From: Acidobacteriota bacterium
GTDB taxonomy: Bacteria; Acidobacteriota; UBA890; WLXD01
Length of the DNA stretch: 64,000 nt
NCBI GenBank assembly: GCA_965205505.1
Contig: CBDBHB010000006.1
Span: forward strand, 256,001 to 320,000
Direction: 5' to 3'
Below, piece after piece: positions 22,080 to 30,656 of this stretch. A model generated the notes under the pieces. It was not told where the DNA came from. It searched no databases and worked only from the letters and a program-made list of their open reading frames with translations. Position numbers and translations under genes: made by a program. How positions within the stretch are numbered: the first letter of the stretch is position 1; each line of letters begins with the position of its first letter.

Positions 22080-22218
22080 AAGCTGTGTTCGGTTCCGACG
22101 GCTGGCCGAGAGTGTCCCCCTCTCTCGACCAGCCCCCGGCATGCTGCCTCCCTTGTTGCTGCAGCGTTCTCCGCATTGTGGAGCGACGCGTTGAGGCACC
22201 GCGAACATCGGCCAATCC

Positions 22219-23433
22219 TCAGATTTTGTTGACCAGCTCGAACATCGGCAGATACATCGAGATGACGATCCCGCCGATGACCACGCCGAGGAAGACGATC
22301 ATCACTGGCTCGAGCAGCGAGGTCAGGCTCTCGACCGCGGTATCGACCTGTTCTTCATAAAAGTCAGCGATCTTGCTCAGCATCGTGTCGAGCGCACCGG
22401 TCTCCTCTCCGACAGCGATCATCTGAGTGACCATCGGCGGGAAGGCTTTCGAGCTCGCCAGCGGCTTGGCGAGTGACTTACCCGCCTCGACGCTCTTGCG
22501 CGTTGCCATGATGGCGTCCTTGACAACGCGATTGCCCGCCGTCTTGGCCGTGCTGCTCAGTGCCTCGAGGATCGGGACGCCGGACGAAACCAGGGTGCCG
22601 AAGGTTCGGCAGAAGCGGGCCACCGCGATCTTGCGCGTCAGCAACCCGAAGACCGGCAGCTTGAGCACGATAGAGTCGATGAAGAGTTCGCCGGTGTCGG
22701 TCCGGTACCACTTACGGCCCGCATAAATTCCGACGATGATGCCGATGATCAGAAACGGCATGTAGGCGCCCACGAAGTTCGACGCCATTACTACGATGCG
22801 GGTGGGCAACGGCAGCTGTGCGCCCAACCCGGCGAACATGGTGGCAAAGGTCGGGATCACCTTCCAGAGGATGATCAGGACAACCACGCAGGCCACCGTG
22901 ATGATCACGGCGGGATAGATCGAGGCGGATTTCACCGCACGCTTCAGCTTGACTGACTTTTCGATGTAGTTCGCCAGGCGACGCAAAATGATGTCGAGGA
23001 TACCCCCCGCCTCACCGGCGGAGATCATGTTGCAGTACAGGGGGGTGAAGACCTGCTCGTACTGCGCCATGGCGGTCGCGAGGTTGGCGCCGCCCTCCAT
23101 CTCGTTTCTTATGCTTGCGAGCACGTCGCTGAACGCTTTGTTGTCGGCTTGCTTGGAAAGAATGTCGAGGCACTGAACCAACGGCAGGCCGGCATCGATC
23201 ATCACCGAGAACTGCCGCGTGAATACGGAGACCTCCTCCTGCGTCACTTTGGTCCGATTACCGATTCCGAACGGCAGCTTGAACGTACGCTGCTGTCCCG
23301 CGGGCTCGACCACGGTCACCCGGATACGTTGGCGGCGCAGCAAGCGCGCTACTTCGTCCGCGGAACCAGCCGCCACAGTGCCACTGGTCGCTTTGCCATC
23401 TCTTCCCACGCCCTTGTACTGGTATTGCCCCAC
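22219..23433 (-). CDS. pilC: Type IV pilus platform protein PilC
   Basis: FTRQFSVMIDAGLPLVQCL, GEAGGILD, ARFCRTFGTLVSSGVPI, GEETGALD, SMYLPMF. Confidence 0.95.
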   Translation of the reverse strand: MGQYQYKGVGRDGKATSGTVAAGSADEVARLLRRQRIRVTVVEPAGQQRTFKLPFGIGNRTKVTQEEVSVFTRQFSVMIDAGLPLVQCLDILSKQADNKAFSDVLASIRNEMEGGANLATAMAQYEQVFTPLYCNMISAGEAGGILDIILRRLANYIEKSVKLKRAVKSASIYPAVIITVACVVVLIILWKVIPTFATMFAGLGAQLPLPTRIVVMASNFVGAYMPFLIIGIIVGIYAGRKWYRTDTGELFIDSIVLKLPVFGLLTRKIAVARFCRTFGTLVSSGVPILEALSSTAKTAGNRVVKDAIMATRKSVEAGKSLAKPLASSKAFPPMVTQMIAVGEETGALDTMLSKIADFYEEQVDTAVESLTSLLEPVMIVFLGVVIGGIVISMYLPMFELVNKI

Positions 23434-23435
23434 CG

Positions 23436-24721
23436 TTACCTCCTGCGACCGATCCGTCGCACGCGCGATCTCGACGGCTCGTTACCCTTGCTCAGACCTA
23501 CGCGTTCCGCGACTTCGCGGTCCAATCGCGTGCGTCCCTTTGATGCGTCGTTGAAACGCTCGAGCATGGCGATGAGTTCTTTCTCGTCGCCCGCGGCACC
23601 AAGCGCCACCTCAGCAGTGATCTTCTCTTCCATGACCAGGCGCGCCAGGTCTTGGCTATAACGTCGTCATCCCATGCTCGGCCTGACCGGATTGCATCGC
23701 CGAATAGATCTGATGGATCTTGGACTCCCTGATGAGGTTTCGGATCGCCAGGTTCGGAATCAGGATCTCTTGCGCGAGCACGCGGCCCTTGCCCGATGCA
23801 TGACGCACCAGCGTCTGCGAGATGGCTGCCAGCAGCGTGAATGACAGCTGCGTGCGAATCTGCGCCTGCTGCCCGCTCGGAAAGATGTCAATGACGCGGT
23901 TGATCGTTTGCACCGCCGAGTTGGTGTGCAGCGTGGCAAATGTCAAGTGGCCGGTCTCGGCAAGTTTCAGCGCCAGCTCAGTTGACTCCAGGTCGCGCAT
24001 CTCGCCGATGAGCATCGCAATCCGGATCCTCACGCAGGGCCGAACGCATGGCGGCAGCGAACGAGAGTGTGTCTGCGCCGAGCTCGCGTTGGTTGACGAT
24101 CGAGCGCTGGTGCGTGTGTAGGTACTCGATCGGATCCTCGATGGTGATGATATGGTGCGCCTTTTCACGGTTGATCAGATCGATCATGGCGGCGAGCGTG
24201 GTGCTCTTACCCGAGCCCGTCGGACCGGTCACCAGCACCAGGCCACGTGGCTTTCGGCAGATGTCGGCGATCACCTCCGGCAGGCCGAGAGCCTCGAACG
24301 ACGGGATGCACCACGGGACGAGGCGCAGCGCCCCGGCGATCGAGCCACGCTGGATGAAGACGTTGGCACGGAAGCGGGCCATGTCCTTGAGACCGAACGA
24401 GAAGTCCACTTCGAGGGTCTCTTCAAGCTTCGCTCGCTGTTCCTCGGTCATTACCGAGTACAGCAGCTCCTGCGTCTCGTGCTGCGCGAGCGGTGCGTAT
24501 TCCATCGGGCGCAGGTCGCCGTCAACGCGCACCTGGGGTGGCACACCTGGCGTTATGTGAAGGTCAGACGCCTCCAGCTCCAGAACCTGGCGCAAGAGCT
24601 CGGCCAGATCTACGGCCCTCTCCGTGCTCGGCGGTGAAGCGGCGTCTAGGACCGCTTCCAGCTGTGGCGCGGCTTCGGCAGGCGACGAGCCATCTGCATA
24701 GGAGGAGTCGGAATCATTCAT
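23436..24721 (-). pseudogene. pilT: Retraction ATPase PilT, two +1 frameshifts (~24020, ~23658)
   Basis: ASDLH, GPTGSGKSTT, TIEDPIE, ALREDPD | LIGEMRD, AETGHL, TLHTNSA, AIRNLIRE, GMTT | SQDLARLV, spread across three ORFs. Confidence 0.9.
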
Positions 24722-24986
24722 TAAAAGACTTCAGAAGTAGTTCTTAATGTCAAAATCTCTGTATCAGAATGTATTGCATTGTTAAAATGTTTGTAAATCC
24801 TTTTTAAGATGATAAATTATATGTTTAGTTATTACGAGTTATTAAAAGTTATTATAACTTATCATAAGTAACAAAAATCTACCCGCGGCCGGTAATGGTA
24901 GCTTCAGTCGCTTTGCTGCCAGGTAGTTGAGACGGCCGCGTGAGCCGAACCTACGCACCGCGTCGATGGGCGATGCGGCGTGGCGC

Positions 24987-26000
24987 TCAGCCAGCCCGTG
25001 TGGCCGGCACCGCGGGACTCTGGAAGCGCTCGAGATACCAGGCCACCGTCTGCTCCAAGCCGGCGGCAAAGTCGACTCAGGGCAGATAACCGATGGCGTG
25101 CTGGGCGTGCTCGATGGCCGCCTGCGAATCACGCACGTCGCCCACGCGAGCAGGCGCGAACTCGGGCTCTAGCGAGGTACCGAGGATCGCATTGACAGCT
25201 TCGACGAGCTGTAGCAGACAATAGCGCTCGCCCACTCCGATGTTGGCCACGGTACTGCGACCGCTTGCAGCCGGCTCGCCCTCGCCAACGCAATCGATAC
25301 CGGCCGCCAACAAGTTGGCGCCTACCGCGTTCTCCACGAAGGTGAAGTCGCGCGACTGGCGACCATCGCCGTAGATGATGGGTGACAAGCCGTCGAGCAT
25401 GCGCTGGATGAACTTGGGCACGACGGCAGCGTAATTGGAGGTTGGGTCCTGACGTGGCCCGAAAATATTGAAGTAGCGTAGAGCCACCGTGCGGGTGCCG
25501 TACTGGCGAGCCCAAATCGCCAGCAACTCCTCCCCGACCGCCTTGCTGAGAGCGTACGGAGAGAGCGGCTCCAAAGGCATATCCTCGTGCTTCGGCAGGG
25601 TTGGCGAGTCGCCGTACACCGACGATGAGCTAGCCATAACGACCCGGTCCACCGCTAGCTTTCGGCAGGCCTCGAGCAGCGTTGCGGTGCCCTCGATATT
25701 GACTCGAAGCGTCGACGCCGGGTCGTCGAACGAACGTGGCACAGAAGGAATCGCAGCCTGGTGGAAGACCGCCTCGGCACCGTCGAGCGCGGTATGGATG
25801 GCCGTCTCGTCGAGGATGTCGGCGGTCAGTAGAGTCAGATCGCCGGCATGCTCGCCGGCCGAGGCGCGTGCGTCGTCGAGATTGTTGCGAGTCCCCGAGG
25901 ATAAATTGTCGACGACGACAACATCGTGACCACGCCGCAGCAGCGCTTCGGTCAGGTGCGATCCGATGAAGCCCGCGCCACCAGTCACCACGTACTTCAC
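24987..26000 (-). pseudogene. NAD-dependent sugar epimerase (WbpP/GalE-like), in-frame TGA at 25077-25079
   Basis: TGGAGFIG, SSSSVYG, YALSK, RYFNIFGPRQDP. After GYLP* the same frame continues VDFAAGLEQTVAWY, a typical family C-terminus, to TGA at 24987. Confidence 0.8.
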
Positions 26001-27757
26001 AACGCTGTCTCCCTCAACACTTCTTCGATCGATGTCACACCCTGCCAGATCTTCACCAATCCACTCTCGCGCAAGGTGATCATCCCGGCGCTTCGCGCCT
26101 CGGATCTGATCTCCTCGTTGGTCGCGCCGTTGACGATCATCTCACGCAACCTCGCGCTGATCCGCATCACCTCGAACAGGGCGATGCGACCCTTGTAGCC
26201 TGTCCCGAGGCAGGCGTCGCAGCCGACCGGGTGGAAGACGGTGACGGCCATCGCCTCCTCCGGCGACAGGCCGATCTCGACCAGCGCCTCCGGATCCGGA
26301 GTGGACACCTCGCGGCAATTCTTGCACAACCGACGGATCAACCGCTGCGCCACCACGAGCTGCACCGACGACGACACCAGAAAACGCTCCACGCCCATGT
26401 CGACCATCCGGTTGATCGTTGAAGGAGCATCGTTGGTGTGCAGCGTCGAGAGCACGAGATGTCCGGTGAGCGCGGCCTTGATGGCAATGTTCGCCGTCTC
26501 GGCGTCGCGAATCTCACCCACCAGGATCGTGTTGGGATCCTGGCGAAGGAACGCCTTCAGCGCGGTGGGAAACGTCAGCCCCACCGCCTCGTTGATTTGC
26601 ACCTGGTTGATCCCCTCGAGGTTGAACTCGACTGGATCTTCTGCAGTCATGATGTTGGTGTCGGCGCTGTTGACGGTCGAGAGCGCCGAATACAAGGTGT
26701 TGGTCTTGCCTGAGCCGGTCGGGCCGGTGACCAGCACGATGCCGAACGGAAGTCGTATCGATTGCTCGAAGCGCTCCAACGATGCCTTCTCGAAGCCGAG
26801 ATCGGCCAGGTTGAGCTTCAGTCCCTCGGGGTCAAGCAAGCGCATGACGATCTTCTCGCCCCAGATCGTCGGAAGCGTCGACACGCGCAGGTCGAGCTCC
26901 CGAATGCGCTCAGCAAGCTTGACGCGGATCTTGATACGCCCGTCCTGCGGTCGGCGACGCTCGGAGATGTCGAGCTCAGACATGATCTTGATGCGCGATG
27001 CGATCGCTTGTTGCAGATGTTTGGGAGGCTCCATCACCTCGTAGAGCAAGCCATCGATCCGGTAGCGCACGCGCAGCCGCTTTTCGTATGGCTCGATGTG
27101 GACGTCGGACGCCTCGCGGCGCAGCGCGTCAGTGACCAGTAGGTTGACGAGCTTGATGACAGGTGCGTCGCCGCTGGCCCTCGAGAGCGCCTCGAGGTCG
27201 ATTTCTTCCTCGTCCTCGACGATCTCCACGTCGCCGGGGTTGCGGATCTCTTCCTCGAGATCCGTCATCATCTGGCGCATCTTGGCGTCATCATGACTGC
27301 CGTAGAGAGCGCTTATAGCGTCGCTCACGGCGCGATCGGCGGCGACCATCGGCTTTACCCGCAGGCCGGTCGCGAACTCGATGTCATCGATCGCCACCAC
27401 GTCTGTGGGGTCGACCATGGCCAAAGTGAGGCTCTGTGAGTCGGCTGCTACTGGAACCGCGAGATAGCGTTTCGCCATCTCCTGTGGCACGAGGCTCAAG
27501 ACTGTGCTCGACACGTCCAGGTTCTGGAGGTCGGCGGCAGGAACGCCGAACTGGCGCGACAGCAGATCGATGAGATCTTCTTCGCTCAGCAGCTCCAGCA
27601 CTACGAGAATGTTGCCGAGTCGCTCGCCGGTCTCCGCCTGCATCTGCAGGGCGCGCTCGAGGTCGGCCTCCGAAACCAATCCCGACTCGACGACGATCCG
27701 GCCGAGTCGAACGGTCGCACTGGCCGCCTTACGACCCGCGGTCGCTCTGCTGCCCAT
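25997..27757 (-). CDS. pilB: Type IV pilus assembly ATPase PilB
   Basis: MshEN-like RLGRIVV...RLGNILV, ASDVHIEP, GPTGSGKT, AEDPVE, LRQDPN, Cys zinc motifs. Start inferred at ATG 27757. Confidence 0.94.
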   Translation of the reverse strand: MGSRATAGRKAASATVRLGRIVVESGLVSEADLERALQMQAETGERLGNILVVLELLSEEDLIDLLSRQFGVPAADLQNLDVSSTVLSLVPQEMAKRYLAVPVAADSQSLTLAMVDPTDVVAIDDIEFATGLRVKPMVAADRAVSDAISALYGSHDDAKMRQMMTDLEEEIRNPGDVEIVEDEEEIDLEALSRASGDAPVIKLVNLLVTDALRREASDVHIEPYEKRLRVRYRIDGLLYEVMEPPKHLQQAIASRIKIMSELDISERRRPQDGRIKIRVKLAERIRELDLRVSTLPTIWGEKIVMRLLDPEGLKLNLADLGFEKASLERFEQSIRLPFGIVLVTGPTGSGKTNTLYSALSTVNSADTNIMTAEDPVEFNLEGINQVQINEAVGLTFPTALKAFLRQDPNTILVGEIRDAETANIAIKAALTGHLVLSTLHTNDAPSTINRMVDMGVERFLVSSSVQLVVAQRLIRRLCKNCREVSTPDPEALVEIGLSPEEAMAVTVFHPVGCDACLGTGYKGRIALFEVMRISARLREMIVNGATNEEIRSEARSAGMITLRESGLVKIWQGVTSIEEVLRETAL

Positions 27758-28096
27758 ATCCGACGTGCGCTGCTGCTTTGGCGCCAAGTTGACTCCCGAA
27801 ATGGCTCTACCGGGAACGACCCATGCCACTTGATAGACGGCCGGCGGACGTTCCCGTACTAACCGTTGAACGCTCGAGAACGTTATGACGAGATTACTTA
27901 GAATTACTATGCAACTCAAAGCACAAACATGGCCACTAAAAGATAAAAAGAGATAGCTAGCGACCCTCCTGGACGTTCTAAGTCGCCCAGGGTCCCGTTG
28001 CGAGACTGTCGGTGTATCCTCGAGGAGGGCCGACGGCGGAGGCGGCCGGTCCCACAGCCACCCGTAAGGGCTGGGACGGATTCCCGACTCAGGACA

Positions 28097-28452
28097 CTAG
28101 TGGCCTGTAACAGATGATCGTTGCATATCGCAGATGGGATTTGCGGGTGAGATCAAGGCGCGGCGAGGAAGGCGATGCTAGCAGGCCGTGATGGAAGTGT
28201 GGTGGGTCTGGCAAATGGGACTCACGGGCTAGGGCAAGGATCGACGACGAGGCGATGTTTGCCCATCGTCGAGGAGGAGAGACGCCGCCATCGCCCGTGA
28301 CTCCCACTTACCCTACGGGTTACGCCGCCAAGGGCGCGTCTGCGGCGTTGCTCCTCCTCGAAGATGGGCAAACATCGTCTCGTCGTCGCGCCTGGCATCC
28401 GGACCCATTTCGCCACCACGATATGCAACGATCATCTGTTACAGGCCACTAG
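28097..28452. mobile_element. 356-bp MITE with perfect 30-bp terminal inverted repeats and CTAG flanks
   Basis: CTAG-TGGCCTGTAACAGATGATCGTTGCATATCG (28101-28130) and its exact reverse complement (28419-28448)-CTAG; long internal IR; no transposase ORF. Confidence 0.88.
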
Positions 28453-29141
28453 CGTCGGGGAATCAGCCCCTGACCGGAAGGGGCTCGCGTGCCACCGTCG
28501 AGGGGTCTGGCGGCGCCGGCCGCGACCGCCTGCCCACCGACAAACACCCACTGGCTGTACTTCGTTCTGTCGCCATAGACGCGCAACGACGTCTCTGCGG
28601 AGTGCGAGACAACGCCGACGATAGCGTTCTCGCCTCCGGCCCCAGCGCTGGCCAGCCGCAAAGTGGACCGCCCTATCGTCGTCGCGCTCGATGCGACGCC
28701 GGTGGCGAGGCCCCCCCGATCATCGGCAGAGCCCTGATCGACTGGTCCAGCATTGCTCGCGAGCCCGGCTGCAGCGTCGTTGTCGTCCACCCCGGCGCCG
28801 AGTAGCGCGGCAATCGTCCCATCAGCGACATCCTGTTGGCGGAGGACGCGCCACTGACCGTCGCTCGCCATCGGGTCGCGGTACAACCGCCGTAGACAAT
28901 TCGTCTCCACCAACTGTTCGAACCGTGTCAACGGCTGCCCGGTGCTGGCTTGCTCATAGCACCCGACGGCGCGCGCGATCTGCTCGCCGCGCCATATGAG
29001 CTCGGCCTCGCGTGCCCGGCGCCCGAGGGTGCGCGTCGACGTAACCGCAACGGCGAGCGACACGTTGATCACCGCCACCGCCACCATCAAGCCGACGAGC
29101 GTGTAGCCGGACTCGCCTCCACCATCAGGTTGCTGCATCAA
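28449..29141 (-). CDS. T2SS-like minor pseudopilin
   Basis: SG-YTLVGLMVAV (no Glu5), REAELIWRG, LRRLYRDPM, IVGVVS...YSQWVF. Confidence 0.8.
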   Translation of the reverse strand: MMQQPDGGGESGYTLVGLMVAVAVINVSLAVAVTSTRTLGRRAREAELIWRGEQIARAVGCYEQASTGQPLTRFEQLVETNCLRRLYRDPMASDGQWRVLRQQDVADGTIAALLGAGVDDNDAAAGLASNAGPVDQGSADDRGGLATGVASSATTIGRSTLRLASAGAGGENAIVGVVSHSAETSLRVYGDRTKYSQWVFVGGQAVAAGAARPLDGGTRAPSGQGLIPRR

Positions 29142-29573
29142 CTACCACTCCCTGTACGGAACGCCGTTGAGACCATCCCCGTCGGCGCCCGAAAAGACGT
29201 TCCAGATTCCGGCCGGCTGCCCCTGGTCAATCATCATCCATGGGGCGACCTCGGTTTCCCAGGTGTCGTCCGAGCGGGTGAGCGGATCCACGGGCAGGCT
29301 ACGCAAGTAGCCGTCGCGCACCAGGTCGTCCAGCGCCTCCGGATAGGCACCCTTGTCGGTGAGGTACTCTTCGAGGCTGTCGCGCAAGCGCTGTAGATCC
29401 TCCTTGAGGACGGCCTCACGTGCACGCACCACCGCATCTTGGTAGGCTGGGAGCGCATAGACGACCAGGATACCGAGCACTGCCATCACGACGATGAGCT
29501 CCAGCAACGAGAAGCCGGGCGCGCCCACCCTACGATCACAGCACCGTCCGAAGAGCGTACGGAACTCACCCAT
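29142..29573 (-). CDS. GspG-like pseudopilin
   Basis: PG-FSLLELIVVM, AREAVLKEDL, DKGAYPEALDDLV...YLRSLPVDPLT, GVPYREW. Confidence 0.88.
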   Translation of the reverse strand: MGEFRTLFGRCCDRRVGAPGFSLLELIVVMAVLGILVVYALPAYQDAVVRAREAVLKEDLQRLRDSLEEYLTDKGAYPEALDDLVRDGYLRSLPVDPLTRSDDTWETEVAPWMMIDQGQPAGIWNVFSGADGDGLNGVPYREW

Positions 29574-30624
29574 CGACAGCGTCCTCGCCGGACCATCTCA
29601 GCACTGCAGTGCGTAGGCCCTCCTCGCGCGCCGCGATGCGCTCATAGATCTCGCCGATTCGATGCCACGGCACCACCGATGAGACGAGATCGCCGGCCGG
29701 CAGGCTACCGTCGAGAATCAGCTCCAGGAGGTATGCCGCGTTGCGGCGTATGGTGAAGCGAATATCGCGCGCATCGATTTCGACATCGGGAGTGTAACCG
29801 CACGAGATCAAGCTCAGCTGCTTGCGATAGAACCACTGCGGATCGAGCGGGTTGAACGGCGGCGTAGGATGGCGCCGCCCCGGGAAGCCCAACAAGCAAA
29901 TGCGTCCCCCGGGCCGCACGAGCTCGATTGCCAGTCGTAGATCGTCCCAGCTGCTGCTCGTGAGCACCACTATGTCAATGCCGGTGTTGGCCGTGTTGGC
30001 GGCGATGCGCCCCTTGGTGTCGTCATCGTACGACTTGCCGAACAGCATCCGAGCACCGACGTCGATCGCGATTCTCGCCGATGGAAGGTCGCTAAAGGCA
30101 AACACCCGGGCACCAAATCGACTTGCTACCGCGACGGTTGCCAGGCCGAGAGTACCTAGTCCAACGACGGCGACGTACTGACCCGGCTTCAGGTCTCCGC
30201 GAAGCAGAGCGCTGTATCCCTGATGAAACAGATACGTCGTCGTCGCCTCAGCCAGCTGTTGCTCTTCGTAGTCGCGATACGGCAAGCGCAGCAGGATCTC
30301 GTCGTCGTCGCAGACAAAGTGGCTCCGGTGCGACTGCAAGGTCAAGATCAGATCACCCACGCGAAAGCGCGTAACCCAATCGCCGACCGCAATCACCCGC
30401 GCCAGGTTGCAGTAGCCAACGACCTTGGTGAACTTGCGATCGGCTCGCAGAGGCTGTAGGCCCTCGTACACGGCAAGCTCGGTGCCGGGCGAGATCGCCG
30501 TGTAGAGGGTCTCGGCGGCTACCTCGCGCTGACCGATGCCCTCGAGGATCAGTGTCTCGCTCTCGATCCGGACCTCGCGTGGTCCGGCTATCTGGACAAC
30601 GTTGGTCTCTACGGTGGGTCGCAT
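29566..30624 (-). CDS. MDR-family (zinc-binding-type) dehydrogenase
   Basis: AISPGTEL, VGYCNLARV, GLGTLG Rossmann motif, GIDIVV, VRPGGRI. Confidence 0.8.
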   Translation of the reverse strand: MRPTVETNVVQIAGPREVRIESETLILEGIGQREVAAETLYTAISPGTELAVYEGLQPLRADRKFTKVVGYCNLARVIAVGDWVTRFRVGDLILTLQSHRSHFVCDDDEILLRLPYRDYEEQQLAEATTTYLFHQGYSALLRGDLKPGQYVAVVGLGTLGLATVAVASRFGARVFAFSDLPSARIAIDVGARMLFGKSYDDDTKGRIAANTANTGIDIVVLTSSSWDDLRLAIELVRPGGRICLLGFPGRRHPTPPFNPLDPQWFYRKQLSLISCGYTPDVEIDARDIRFTIRRNAAYLLELILDGSLPAGDLVSSVVPWHRIGEIYERIAAREEGLRTAVLRWSGEDAVDG

Positions 30625-30656
30625 GGTTGTTCGTCACGGATTGGCGCAGCCGACCG

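Noticed and set aside
23436-24721. Programmed frameshifting or phase variation in pilT and the ABC ATPase
   Set aside because: There are no slippery heptamers or long simple repeats at the shift sites.
25077-25079. Selenocysteine or programmed read-through at the epimerase TGA (and pilR TAA)
   Set aside because: The position is a non-catalytic C-terminal site unlikely to be Cys, no evident SECIS follows, and TAA is not recoded; mutation or error is simpler.
28097-28452. CRISPR array or protein-coding ORFs in the repeat region
   Set aside because: The repeats are inverted, not regularly spaced direct repeats, and there are no cas genes; the short ORFs are translations of the palindromes.
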